Assembly (NCBI GenBank): GCA_017458285.1
Contig: JAFTFU010000002.1
Location: 7,079 to 71,078, forward strand
Direction: 5' to 3'
Length of the DNA stretch: 64,000 nt
DNA from: Clostridia bacterium
GTDB lineage: Bacteria > Bacillota > Clostridia > TANB77 > CAG-508
Under the pieces are notes generated by a model. That model was not told where the DNA came from and ran no database searches. It was given only the letters and a program-made list of their open reading frames with translations. A program made the translations under genes and the position numbers. Positions 42,313 through 52,072 of the stretch are shown piece after piece (the stretch's first letter is position 1; each line of letters opens with the position of its first letter).

Positions 42313-42501
42313 ATGACAATTAGGGATTTAATATCAGAATTAGAACAATTTGACGATAATCAACAAGTTGTTATTAAAGACGATGATTATATACATGAAA
42401 TCAGAAATGTCGCACAACGAAAAATCATAGCGACTTTTGGCGATGATAACGAACAATATATTTGCCTTTCGGCAGGAATACAAATCGGCGGAGTACAATG
42501 A
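42313..42501 (+). CDS. Small phage protein (MTIRDLISELEQFD type)
   Basis: RBS GAGGAGG. Confidence 0.7.
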   Translation: MTIRDLISELEQFDDNQQVVIKDDDYIHEIRNVAQRKIIATFGDDNEQYICLSAGIQIGGVQ

Positions 42502-42794
42502 TGTTTAAGAGGAGGAAAAAAACGTAAAAGTGTTAGATAACGAAGAAACTAATGGCGGTATTAATCTTAGCGATGTTGTGGACGATTCGTCATGGAAAAT
42601 TTTTGAAGATGTTGAAAATCTGGAGGAATGGTTAGGAATAGACTACAGCAATTCAGATACACCAAGAATAATAGAAAAATTAAATTTTGAATAATAACAA
42701 CAAAGGACTGTATTCAACGGAAAATTTGAATACAGTCCTTTATCGTTGCAAAGAGAAAAATTCAACCTATTATAAAATATCAGGAGGTATTTAT

Positions 42795-43406
42795 ATGAAA
42801 CAGACAAAAACAAGTATCAGGCAGGATAAAATGAATAGGCTTGCAAGATGTTTCGGGGCAGAAACAGGAACAAGAACGGGAAAGGCTTGCAGAGGAAAAT
42901 ATAGCGGTTGTACTGATTATTCAGTCACATTCAATAACAGTGAAAGACTTTATATCTGTACGGGTACAAAATACTTTGATACAAAATTAGATGAACAACT
43001 GGCTATATATGAAAATTTTTCCACAATGAAGCCGGAAATTCTGAACACACTACACGAGATGGAGACGAAAGACAACATCAAAGCTGCGGAGATGGGTTTA
43101 CATCAGTATCATTTAATCAATGTTGACTTTGTAAAAAATGATGATTGGAATATGGGAAAGTTTTATTTTGAAATTGAAGTAAACGGTATCCATATCTATA
43201 TGGTAGAAGCAGGGCTTATTTATGCGATATATAATTCTTGTAGAGACAGGAAAACAGATTATATACCTTATGAATATAGTAATAAATTCTTTGTAGCCGG
43301 AGGGATTGAAAAAGAAAAAGCAGATTTTATCTTTAACGGTGTAGGACATCAGTCAGACGGAGATATGTACAGATTGGATGGAAATTTATTTACGAAAATG
43401 GTGTAA
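42795..43406 (+). CDS. Hypothetical early protein
   Basis: ATG ~42795 after RBS AGGAGGT, within ORF 42687-43406. Confidence 0.65.
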   Translation: MKQTKTSIRQDKMNRLARCFGAETGTRTGKACRGKYSGCTDYSVTFNNSERLYICTGTKYFDTKLDEQLAIYENFSTMKPEILNTLHEMETKDNIKAAEMGLHQYHLINVDFVKNDDWNMGKFYFEIEVNGIHIYMVEAGLIYAIYNSCRDRKTDYIPYEYSNKFFVAGGIEKEKADFIFNGVGHQSDGDMYRLDGNLFTKMV

Positions 43407-43434
43407 GAGTAGATAAAATAGGAGGTAATTTATT

Positions 43435-43764
43435 ATGAATGGTATAGAAAAATTGATAACACCATACATTTATGAACTAATGGTAAACGGAAATAACATT
43501 ATGTTATTCCCTGACAACAAGCAAATTATCTTGAATGAAGAAATTGATGAATGGAATTTTACACACGAGAGTATCAATAATCCAATAGATAGAATTACAT
43601 TCTTCAATCATGGTGACGGATATGTAATTCATAGGCACGGAATAAAAGGCGGTGCAACGGATATTGTAATTGCAATGCAGGATATACAGAAGGGATATGA
43701 ACATTTAATAAACCTTCCTTTTGAAAACACCGGAACTTTCAATTATGAGTGGTGGAAAATATAA
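43435..43764 (+). CDS. Hypothetical protein
   Basis: RBS AGGAGGT. Confidence 0.7.
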   Translation: MNGIEKLITPYIYELMVNGNNIMLFPDNKQIILNEEIDEWNFTHESINNPIDRITFFNHGDGYVIHRHGIKGGATDIVIAMQDIQKGYEHLINLPFENTGTFNYEWWKI

Positions 43765-43799
43765 ACTTAAAATGATAATTTTATTAGGAGGTATTAATT

Positions 43800-44402
43800 A
43801 TGGGACAGCGTTCACAGATTTATGTTAGATACGAGGGAAAGTTGATTATTGCCAGATATTATCAATGGAATTATGGAGAGCGTATGATAAGTCGTGCAAG
43901 ATATGGGATCGAACATATCAAGTGTGATATTGATGAAGGTTATACTTTTTGTTTTACTACAGAACGCTATATTAACCGTTATATCCATATCTTTGATACA
44001 AATTTTGATATGAAGGATGTAGCGATTAGTACGGATATCTTCAAAGAGTTTGAAGAATGGAAAGTCGAAGAACCCGAACTTGATTTCAAACAATATTGTT
44101 TTACGTATCAAGATAACAATGACGGAAAACTTCTAATTGATATATCAGGGAAAACTATAAAATATGCTTTCCTTGACAGTGAAACAGACATTAAACATAT
44201 TATGTCAGCAAGACAATATATGGCTTGGGATAGCATAAATTGGAGGCACTCCAAATATATTGGTGCTGCTGGAATCCGTGCTTGCAAAGATAATATTCAG
44301 TCTATTAATTCAATGGCAAGACTTATGACAGAGCAAGAGGTTATAGATTTTCTGCAAACTGATGATTATTTTGGAAAATCACAATCAGAATTAATGTTTT
44401 AA
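43800..44402 (+). CDS. Hypothetical phage protein (MGQRSQIY...)
   Basis: 200 aa, RBS AGGAGGT. Confidence 0.7.
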   Translation: MGQRSQIYVRYEGKLIIARYYQWNYGERMISRARYGIEHIKCDIDEGYTFCFTTERYINRYIHIFDTNFDMKDVAISTDIFKEFEEWKVEEPELDFKQYCFTYQDNNDGKLLIDISGKTIKYAFLDSETDIKHIMSARQYMAWDSINWRHSKYIGAAGIRACKDNIQSINSMARLMTEQEVIDFLQTDDYFGKSQSELMF

Positions 44403-44442
44403 AATGGCAATTTTAATATTTGTTTAAACGGAAAATCTGACC

Positions 44443-44469
44443 GCTGACCTACCGGCAATACGGGGAGAA
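44443..44469 (+). repeat. 27-nt leader motif, copy 1
   Basis: gctgacctaccggcaatacggggagaa; 25/27 identical to 45180-45206. Confidence 0.85.
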
Positions 44470-44484
44470 AAGCGAGGTAAAATT

Positions 44485-45168
44485 ATGAGCTTTAAAATTG
44501 AAAACGGTGTACTCAAAAAGTATGTAGAAGAACCAGAAGTTACAAATATAGTTATTCCCAACGGCATAAAGAGCATTGATGATAATGCATTTGAGGGTTG
44601 TGAAAGTCTAACAAGTATCACCATACCCGACAGCGTGACGAGTATTGGCGATGGGGTATTTGAGGGTTGTGAAAGTCTAACAAGTATCACCATACCCGAC
44701 AGCGTGACGAGCATTGGAGATTGGGCATTTGACGGTTGCAGCAGTCTTACAAGCATCACCATACCCGACAGCGTGACGAGCATTGGAGATTGGGCATTTG
44801 ACGGTTGCAGCAGTCTTACAAGCATCACCATTGACAACAGCGTGACGAGAATTGGATGGATGGCATTTGAGGGTTGCACCAACCTAACAAGCATTACCAT
44901 CCCCGACAGCGTGACGAGTATTGGCGATGGGGCATTTGAGGGTTGTGAAAGTCTAACAAGTATCAACATCCCTGATAGTGTGACGAGCATTGGATATAGG
45001 GCATTTTACGGTTGCGAAAGCCTAACAAGTATCATCATTCCTGACAGTGTAACAAACATTGGAATTGATGCATTTAGGGGTTGCAACAGCTTAACCATAT
45101 ATGGAAATCGTGGGAGTTATGCGGAAAAGTATGCTAAAGGCAGGGGTATAAATTTTATTACTGTTTAA
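44485..45168 (+). CDS. BspA-type leucine-rich repeat (LRR_5) protein
   Basis: About 8 tandem 23-aa repeats of IPDSVTSIGxxAFxGCxSLTSIT; near-identical 69-bp DNA units. Confidence 0.93.
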   Translation: MSFKIENGVLKKYVEEPEVTNIVIPNGIKSIDDNAFEGCESLTSITIPDSVTSIGDGVFEGCESLTSITIPDSVTSIGDWAFDGCSSLTSITIPDSVTSIGDWAFDGCSSLTSITIDNSVTRIGWMAFEGCTNLTSITIPDSVTSIGDGAFEGCESLTSINIPDSVTSIGYRAFYGCESLTSIIIPDSVTNIGIDAFRGCNSLTIYGNRGSYAEKYAKGRGINFITV

Positions 45169-45179
45169 CAAAATAAAAA

Positions 45180-45206
45180 GCTGACCTATCGGCTATACGG
45201 GGAGAA
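45180..45206 (+). repeat. 27-nt leader motif, copy 2
   Basis: gctgacctatcggctatacggggagaa, just upstream of the next start codon. Confidence 0.85.
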
Positions 45207-45217
45207 CGGAGTTTATT

Positions 45218-45718
45218 ATGAGAACACAGGAACAGATTTTAATGACAATTTTGAAATGCGGCTCTCACGATTTAATGTTTTTAGACAAAATTGGATATGA
45301 TGTTGATGAGATTGTCAAGGATTTAATGGATAATGGAATCCTAAATTACAATGAAATTTGGAGAGGGGTTTTTTACAAGGCTATATCTGACCTAACAAGT
45401 ATTATTCAAGATAAAAAAGATGAAATTATTGAAGAAATACAGTCTCAATTAGATGAAGAACAGGAAGGTATTAGTAATAGTGAATACACAGAGGAAGAAA
45501 TAAAGGGTTGCTCCGAGCATCAGCAACTAATAGCGGACTTAAAACTTATTACAAGTGGAGAATTAGATGATTTAGATGACTATTATGACTATTATCTAAA
45601 TTATACAGACACACATATATATATTAAATATCTTGACTTTTTTGAAAGATATTTGCCAGATGATATTGACGAACTTGAAAACAATATGGGTGTTTATTTT
45701 GAACGTATGAATCATTAA
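45218..45718 (+). CDS. Highly acidic hypothetical protein
   Basis: 166 aa, D/E-rich. Confidence 0.7.
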   Translation: MRTQEQILMTILKCGSHDLMFLDKIGYDVDEIVKDLMDNGILNYNEIWRGVFYKAISDLTSIIQDKKDEIIEEIQSQLDEEQEGISNSEYTEEEIKGCSEHQQLIADLKLITSGELDDLDDYYDYYLNYTDTHIYIKYLDFFERYLPDDIDELENNMGVYFERMNH

Positions 45719-45757
45719 GGAACAAGTAAGTAAAAATAATATTAGGAGGTAAATAAA

Positions 45758-45958
45758 ATGACAATAAGCGAATTTTTTGAAAACTTTAGGGATAATCAAG
45801 TATTTGATATTGTGATTTATGATTGCAATGATGATATGGAATATTATACCACTACTGACGATATTGAAAAAGATTTTAATAAAGACTATCTTGACAATGT
45901 GGAGATTGTTAATTGGTATATGAGAGATGGCACATTTAATCTTGATGTATGTGAATGA
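45758..45958 (+). CDS. Small acidic hypothetical protein
   Basis: RBS AGGAGGT. Confidence 0.65.
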   Translation: MTISEFFENFRDNQVFDIVIYDCNDDMEYYTTTDDIEKDFNKDYLDNVEIVNWYMRDGTFNLDVCE

Positions 45959-46148
45959 GGAGGTATCGTTATGAGTAGAAGAATGAGTGCAAGTAGTTAT
46001 AACAAAATGTTAAACAGTTATCATTTCTTTGATACAAGAGAGGACGCCCTTGCGTATATTAAATCGCACAGATGGAGAAAATATACATTATCCAGTAACG
46101 AATCAGGTACTTGTTGGACTGTATATCATAAAGAGAGGTGAATGTTGT

Positions 46149-46469
46149 ATGCCGTTTAAATCAGAAAAAATAAAGCTACCGAAACAGTACGACAGAAGGA
46201 TTAAACTAACTGATGAGCAAAGAGAGGAAATAAAAGAAAAATATGCTTCAGGTGTGTATAGCCAAAGAGCGTTGGCGTTAGAATATCATGTATCACGCAG
46301 GCTTATTTCTTTTATTATAGATCCTGAGAAATATGAAATATCAAAAGAACAATATAGGGAACGGAGAAAGGATGGAAGATATAAGCCGGATAGAGAATCG
46401 TGGAATGAGACTCAACGGAAACACAGAGAATACAAAAATAGGTTATATGCAGAAGGCAAAATCGGATAA
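46149..46469 (+). CDS. HTH DNA-binding protein
   Basis: KLTDEQREEI...SQRALALEYHVSRRLISFI; start MPFKSEK after RBS GAGGTG. Confidence 0.7.
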   Translation: MPFKSEKIKLPKQYDRRIKLTDEQREEIKEKYASGVYSQRALALEYHVSRRLISFIIDPEKYEISKEQYRERRKDGRYKPDRESWNETQRKHREYKNRLYAEGKIG

Positions 46470-46483
46470 CGGCAGGTGATATT

Positions 46484-47323
46484 ATGTCGGAAGTTTTTAG
46501 AGTAAACAAAACAAAAGATTATACAGTGATGTCTAATCATCATTTCAAAAATAAAAACTTATCACTCAAAGCAAAAGGTTTGTTGTCTTTGATGTTGTCA
46601 TTACCGGATGATTGGAATTATTCTATTAAGGGTTTGGTTACACTAAATAAAGATGGTAGAGATTCTATTATCGCTGCACTCAAAGAGTTAGAAAAAGAAA
46701 AATACGTTATTAGACGGAGACTGAGAAATAAAAAAGGACAGGTGACTACAACAGAATACATTATATCTGAAACACCTATTACGGATTTTCCTACACAGGG
46801 AAATCCTATGCAGGCAAACCCTATTCAGGGAGAACCTATTCAGGAAAATCCGACACTATCAAATACTAATCAATCAAATACTTATGGTATAAAATATCTA
46901 TCTATCAATCACTCATCTAATAGTAAAACGGAAAATTCAAATGTTGAAAGTTATGTTGAAAACTTTCATAATATCGTAAAGCAAGTTAAAGAACAGATCG
47001 ACTACATAAAATTTATTTATCAGAATAAGAACACAGATAAGTTAGACGAGATTGTAAATATTATAGCTGAGATATACATATCTAATAAAGACAGAAAAAT
47101 TAATGGTTATACAGTACCGTATAGTGTTATTCAAAATGTTTTTAGTAAACTGGATTATGATTGCATCGTGTATGTTGTTGACTGCATTGAAGAACAAAGT
47201 AAAAAGAAAAGAATAACAAATATAAAAAGTTATTTAATAACAGCTCTTTACAATGCGCCTTTTACGATTGGCAATTACTATTCAGCACAATGCAATTATG
47301 ATATAGAAAATAATGATAATTAA
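46484..47323 (+). CDS. Phage replication-initiator-like protein (N-terminal HTH)
   Basis: DYTVMSNHHF..LSLKAKGLLSLMLSLPDDWNYS motif; internal PxQxN repeats; C-terminal NIKSYLITALYNAP. Confidence 0.78.
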   Translation: MSEVFRVNKTKDYTVMSNHHFKNKNLSLKAKGLLSLMLSLPDDWNYSIKGLVTLNKDGRDSIIAALKELEKEKYVIRRRLRNKKGQVTTTEYIISETPITDFPTQGNPMQANPIQGEPIQENPTLSNTNQSNTYGIKYLSINHSSNSKTENSNVESYVENFHNIVKQVKEQIDYIKFIYQNKNTDKLDEIVNIIAEIYISNKDRKINGYTVPYSVIQNVFSKLDYDCIVYVVDCIEEQSKKKRITNIKSYLITALYNAPFTIGNYYSAQCNYDIENNDN

Positions 47324-47333
47324 TAATAACTAC

Positions 47334-47362
47334 TTGACAAACAGATTTGTTTATGGTACAAT
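47334..47362 (+). promoter_or_regulatory. sigmaA promoter
   Basis: TTGACA-17 bp-TACAAT with extended TG. Confidence 0.75.
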
Positions 47363-47404
47363 ATTGTTGTAAAATTGTTATTTGAGTAAAAGGAGTGTTG
47401 TTAT

Positions 47405-47605
47405 ATGGAAGAAGATAAGAGAGTAACTTTTAACACTACGATTCGTAAGTCAACTGCGGATATGTTTCGTAGTTATTGCAAAGAAAACTCTTTGCCAATG
47501 AATACTGTCATGGAAACCTTTTTCAAACAGTTTGCAGATGGAGAATTTATTGTTAAAATTGGTAATGGAACAATGAAATTAGAGCTTTCAGATTCCGAAA
47601 AGTAG
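47405..47605 (+). CDS. Ribbon-helix-helix protein
   Basis: RVTFNTTI beta-strand followed by two helices; RBS AAGGAG. Confidence 0.7.
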   Translation: MEEDKRVTFNTTIRKSTADMFRSYCKENSLPMNTVMETFFKQFADGEFIVKIGNGTMKLELSDSEK

Positions 47606-47643
47606 CAAATAAACGGAGGATAAATTTTCCTCCGTTTATTTGC
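47605..47643. terminator. 16-bp perfect inverted-repeat terminator
   Basis: GCAAATAAACGGAGGA-N7-TCCTCCGTTTATTTGC. Confidence 0.8.
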
Positions 47644-47703
47644 ATTAAATTTCTAACAATGAAAATAATATAATTATATAAATTTATTTATTGAGGTGGT
47701 AAT

Positions 47704-48138
47704 ATGTTTTTAAATTTATTGTTGTCCGCTTTGTTTTTAGGTAGAGAATACATCAAAGAAAAAACTACACCTGTTATTCCTGCAAGTTATTGGAATAACA
47801 AAGAATTGATTTACAAAGATAGAGTAGGAAGATGTATCTCGCCCGAACAGTTTATGAAAAATCTTGAAAGTGGTAAATACTATCTGCCTGATAAACCAAA
47901 AGAAGTAACTAAAGAATCTGCGAGAGAACCAATTAAAGAGACTAAAACGGTTTATATAGTAAGACATTCACCACATGATGGTTATTTTAGTGGGAGAAAA
48001 CAATATCATGAGTTTTTACCTTCCGGCAAAAAGTTTTATCAAGCTTATGATAGTGATTGGAAAGTGTGGATTACTGTAGGTGAAAATAATGTCGATATAA
48101 AAGATTGTGACTTTATATATTTGGGTGACAAATGGTAA
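47704..48138 (+). CDS. Hypothetical protein with hydrophobic N-terminus
   Basis: 144 aa, RBS GAGGTGG. Confidence 0.65.
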   Translation: MFLNLLLSALFLGREYIKEKTTPVIPASYWNNKELIYKDRVGRCISPEQFMKNLESGKYYLPDKPKEVTKESAREPIKETKTVYIVRHSPHDGYFSGRKQYHEFLPSGKKFYQAYDSDWKVWITVGENNVDIKDCDFIYLGDKW

Positions 48139-48154
48139 TTAAATAAAGTGAGGT

Positions 48155-48982
48155 ATGGTTATGAATAATTCAATGGTATTGACAAATCATAATACAGATA
48201 ATATAATTTACATGACGGAAATTATTAAACCAAAAGAAAACCCAAAAAAGAAACCAAAATTAAACAAAGATGGAACTATATCAAAAAGACATTCAAACAA
48301 AGTAGCCGGTGTTTCGTCTGAAGTATTCTCTTTTAAAACCAAAGAAGAAATTAATGCTATGATAAGTGTTTTTGATAAACGCATAAATGATGCCCCTGAT
48401 GCTGATAAGTTAAGAATAGCAAGACGAAATAAATTGTTGTTTATACTTGGTATTAATTTAGGACTTAGAGCTTCGGATCTAAGAAAGATTACATTTAAAT
48501 TCTTTTTTTCAGAAACTGATAATGGTGGATATGAATGGAATGAATATTATTCATTAGTGCCTGAGAAACAAAAAAGACAGCGTAAGTATATAAAATTATT
48601 CTTCAATGATACTGTACGAAATGCAATTCTTAATTATATCGAGTATTATCCTATAAGCGACATAGACGATTTTGTTTTTGTATCAAGGATAGGGAAAGGA
48701 AAATGTTCGATTAGCGAACCAGCGATCTGGGATATTTTAAATAAGACTGCTTTAGAAGCAGGAATACAACAAAATATAGGCAGTCATAGTCTACGGAAAA
48801 CTTTTGGTTATTGGATATGGCATGAAGCAGTTGACAAAGACAAGGCTTTAGTTATTTTACAACAATGCTTTGCTCATTCATCTACACAGATAACAATGAA
48901 GTATATCGGAATACTTGACGATGAGATTAAAGATACTTATTACAGTATCAGTTTGGGCAGTGATGGTGTATCATTCGGATAG
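48155..48982 (+). CDS. Tyrosine recombinase/integrase-family protein
   Basis: GINLGLRASDL, HSLRKTFG and AHSS...TMKY motifs. Confidence 0.9.
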   Translation: MVMNNSMVLTNHNTDNIIYMTEIIKPKENPKKKPKLNKDGTISKRHSNKVAGVSSEVFSFKTKEEINAMISVFDKRINDAPDADKLRIARRNKLLFILGINLGLRASDLRKITFKFFFSETDNGGYEWNEYYSLVPEKQKRQRKYIKLFFNDTVRNAILNYIEYYPISDIDDFVFVSRIGKGKCSISEPAIWDILNKTALEAGIQQNIGSHSLRKTFGYWIWHEAVDKDKALVILQQCFAHSSTQITMKYIGILDDEIKDTYYSISLGSDGVSFG

Positions 48983-49000
48983 AATAAATGGAGTGATTTT

Positions 49001-49249
49001 ATGTTATTTGGTAATAAAATATATGACAAATATAGTTTAAGCTATAGTAGAAAAGGGAAAAAAAATGGATACAATGCTGAAATTGTATATTCTTGTATTC
49101 ATAATTATTATTTCTTCTTAATCGAAAATACAAAACGAGATTATATATTTAATTCTTTATGGCATTTTAATGGGTTTAGCGATGAAGAAGAATGTATGAT
49201 TGCTTGTGAAAACAAAATCGATGAATTAATAAGTAATAAATATAATTAG
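49001..49249 (+). CDS. Hypothetical protein
   Basis: 82 aa, RBS GGAGTG. Confidence 0.6.
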   Translation: MLFGNKIYDKYSLSYSRKGKKNGYNAEIVYSCIHNYYFFLIENTKRDYIFNSLWHFNGFSDEEECMIACENKIDELISNKYN

Positions 49250-49303
49250 GATTTTAAGATATGAGTTATAAAGAAAATAGTCATTATTTTAGGAGGTATT
49301 ATT

Positions 49304-50350
49304 ATGAGTCTTGAAAAATCAAACATCGCTTGGTCAGCAAAGCAGATAGCAGCAATGGTTAAGAATGGAAAAATTGACTTCAATCATATTGTTCAGAGAT
49401 CGTTTGTTTGGGAACGTAGCAGAAAATCAGCATTGATTGAAAGTATGATACTTGGTTATCCTGTACCGAGTATTTTTGCAAAAAGAATTGATGATGGTAC
49501 AGGTAAGCGTGGTGGTAATATATATTACATTATGGATGGCAAACAGCGTTTATCAACTATTAAAGAATATCTTAGTGATGAGTTTGAATTGACAGATTTA
49601 CCAACAGTTAAATATATAGATAATGAGACTGGCAATGAAACCGAAGAAGATATTTCAGGAATGACTTTTAGTGAACTGCCTGAAAGTTTGCAAGATATAT
49701 TGAAAGATGTAATGTTTAGTATTATTTATTTTGATAACCTTACCAAAGAAGAGGAAAGGGAGCTATTCAAAAGACTTAATGCTGGAAAACCATTATCAAC
49801 AAAATCAAAGGTACTTGCATCTTGTAGGGATATTGAGGGTATTCTTGACATAGGCGAACACGAATTGTTCAAAGAAATGCTCACAGAAAAAGCAAGAATG
49901 AATAAAAATCAGGTGTCTATTATAGTTAAGGCGTGGTGTATGTTAAATAAGCCTATTGAGGATATATCTTTTGAAGGTAAATCTTTAAATCCATTTACGG
50001 AAAATCTTGTTATATCTCAGGATGAAAGAGAAAGACTCGATGAAGTATTTAATTTAATCCTTGATACACACACAACATTGTTATTTCATAAGCATAATAA
50101 AGTAGCAAAGAAGCTTTATACAGAAACACACATGATTTCGTTTATTCCATATTTTGCGAAAGCTATAGATAGTGATTATAATAGTGACATTATGGCTGAA
50201 TGGATATTCAGTTTCTTCGATAGCGACAATGGCGCAAGCATCAATTCTGAATACAATGCTGCTGCTGGTGCTGGTTCTGCAAAGCCTGTAACTATTCAGA
50301 TTAGGAATAAGGCATTAGATGAAAGTTTCAAAGAATTTTTTAATAAATGA
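49304..50350 (+). CDS. DUF262 (ParB/Srx-fold, GmrS-like) protein
   Basis: QRSFVW, LIESMILGYPVP, DGKQR and FKRLN motifs. Confidence 0.85.
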   Translation: MSLEKSNIAWSAKQIAAMVKNGKIDFNHIVQRSFVWERSRKSALIESMILGYPVPSIFAKRIDDGTGKRGGNIYYIMDGKQRLSTIKEYLSDEFELTDLPTVKYIDNETGNETEEDISGMTFSELPESLQDILKDVMFSIIYFDNLTKEEERELFKRLNAGKPLSTKSKVLASCRDIEGILDIGEHELFKEMLTEKARMNKNQVSIIVKAWCMLNKPIEDISFEGKSLNPFTENLVISQDERERLDEVFNLILDTHTTLLFHKHNKVAKKLYTETHMISFIPYFAKAIDSDYNSDIMAEWIFSFFDSDNGASINSEYNAAAGAGSAKPVTIQIRNKALDESFKEFFNK

Positions 50351-50413
50351 TAAGTTAAATTATACAAATTGTATAATTTCATAAAGTAAATAATAGTTGA
50401 TTTTAGGATAACG

Positions 50414-51403
50414 TTGTGTTATAATTATACTACTATATATAACAATCGGGTGATGACTATGAACGAACAATATCAAAAATTTATAGACTCCAATGATAGT
50501 GACAGTACAAAGAAAAGCTTAAAGTTTTATTTTGAGTTGTTGGATAAGCATTATATAGATATAAGCAGCGAAACAATCACAACTATTGAACAGTTAGAAA
50601 AAGTATTTGTTATCTGCGGTATAAATAATTTTAATAGTTTAATTAGTTTTCGTTCTGTTTTAAAGGCGTATGCGATTTTTATTAACGATAAGGTATTATT
50701 TAATTTGGTTAGGAAACTTGATATTTATAAGGTTTTAAAGAAAATCAAACCAAATATGAAGCATACTTATCTTTCATCGTCTGAATTTCAAGACATTTAT
50801 AATGCTATTGGTGTATATAATGAAGATACTTTTTCTTATAATGCTCTGTATTATAAGTCTTTGTTTCAGTCAATATACGAGGGTATATATTGCGAAGATA
50901 TGAGCGTATTAAAAAATCTTAGAGCATCCGATATTGAAGGTAATGTTGTTACAATTCGTGACGATAATGGTTCTGAATGGAAAACTGATATTTCAGAACA
51001 ACTTGCATCTGATTTACTTGTGCTTGCTAATAAGTCTATATGGTATAGAAAAAATCGTAATGGATTATGTAATATTAAAACAGAGGGATTGTATTATGAT
51101 TCTGTTTTCAAAGTTGAAATAAGAGCATATGATTCTAAATATTCTTATCGTAGTAGTTATTATATAAGACTGCGTAAAATTACCAAAGAGTATATAGGTT
51201 ATTCTGTAGCGCCTAAAAATTTATTTCTTAGCGGCATTATTAATCGCATAAAAGAACAATACGGCAAATCCGATGAGGAATTTGTTTTAGGTATTCAAAA
51301 TAGTGACCCATTATTAGTAGAGATTTACAATCAAGAAGCCAAAAGATGTAATTATAATGTGGGCTTTTGGAATTTTAGACAAACTGTAAGTGGTAGGATA
51401 TAA
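50414..51403 (+). CDS. Degenerate integrase-fold protein, candidate MrpR/YopR-like lytic repressor
   Basis: N-terminal helical domain, YEGI...LKNLRASDI; no HxxR motif found; synteny recombinase-ParB-like-this-XRE. Confidence 0.55.
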   Translation: MCYNYTTIYNNRVMTMNEQYQKFIDSNDSDSTKKSLKFYFELLDKHYIDISSETITTIEQLEKVFVICGINNFNSLISFRSVLKAYAIFINDKVLFNLVRKLDIYKVLKKIKPNMKHTYLSSSEFQDIYNAIGVYNEDTFSYNALYYKSLFQSIYEGIYCEDMSVLKNLRASDIEGNVVTIRDDNGSEWKTDISEQLASDLLVLANKSIWYRKNRNGLCNIKTEGLYYDSVFKVEIRAYDSKYSYRSSYYIRLRKITKEYIGYSVAPKNLFLSGIINRIKEQYGKSDEEFVLGIQNSDPLLVEIYNQEAKRCNYNVGFWNFRQTVSGRI

Positions 51404-51409
51404 GTAACG

Positions 51410-51442
51410 AATTGGCTGCCGTAAAATAAGCGACAGCCAATT
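51410..51442. terminator. Bidirectional terminator between convergent genes
   Basis: AATTGGCTG...CAGCCAATT inverted repeat. Confidence 0.65.
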
Positions 51443-51451
51443 ATTTGTGGT

Positions 51452-52033
51452 TTATCCTTTTTTGTTCTTTTGAATATAAGAATCGAATTGTTCATAAACT
51501 TTTCGTTCAAGAGTAGAAATTAAGAACATATTTCGTTGATATAATATTTTCATTCGTTCTGCACGAAATTTAGCAGCTTGATACGATATATTGCATACCT
51601 CTTGTATTTCTTCAGGTGTATGGAGATTTAATCCCCATAGGACACAAGCAGGGGCAAGTAGTCGAGCTGCAAACATATCAGCTTCTTGTTCTTCCGGATT
51701 ACGCTTTTGGAAAGTACGATACTTTTTGTCGGCAACAAGCAAATGCCCTAATAGGATATGTCCTATTTCATGAGCAACCGTAAATCTTCTCGCCGGAATA
51801 GATTCTTTTTCGTTGTAGATAACATACCAATTCCCCTCCGCTAATATAGCCAGACCTCTTTCGCCTGACGATAATAAAGGATATTCAAGGTCGCAATTTC
51901 GTATTTGTTTTATTCCTAATTCTTTGGTAATAAAATCAACTGAAACAGGTAATTGGTTGATTTTCAATTCTATTATCGTTTTCCAAACTGCATCTCTGAC
52001 ATTTTTATATTTTCCATATAACATAAAATCCAC
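51452..52033 (-). CDS. ImmA/IrrE-family metallopeptidase
   Basis: RRFTVAHEIGH (HExxH) and EQEADMFAARLLAP. Confidence 0.9.
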   Translation of the reverse strand: MDFMLYGKYKNVRDAVWKTIIELKINQLPVSVDFITKELGIKQIRNCDLEYPLLSSGERGLAILAEGNWYVIYNEKESIPARRFTVAHEIGHILLGHLLVADKKYRTFQKRNPEEQEADMFAARLLAPACVLWGLNLHTPEEIQEVCNISYQAAKFRAERMKILYQRNMFLISTLERKVYEQFDSYIQKNKKG

Positions 52034-52072
52034 CTCATAGGATATTGTAACCTATAAGGTGGATTTTTATTT

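Noticed and set aside
44580-45090. Diversity-generating retroelement TR/VR pair
   Set aside because: These are in-frame LRR coding units, differences are not adenine-specific, and no reverse transcriptase is present.
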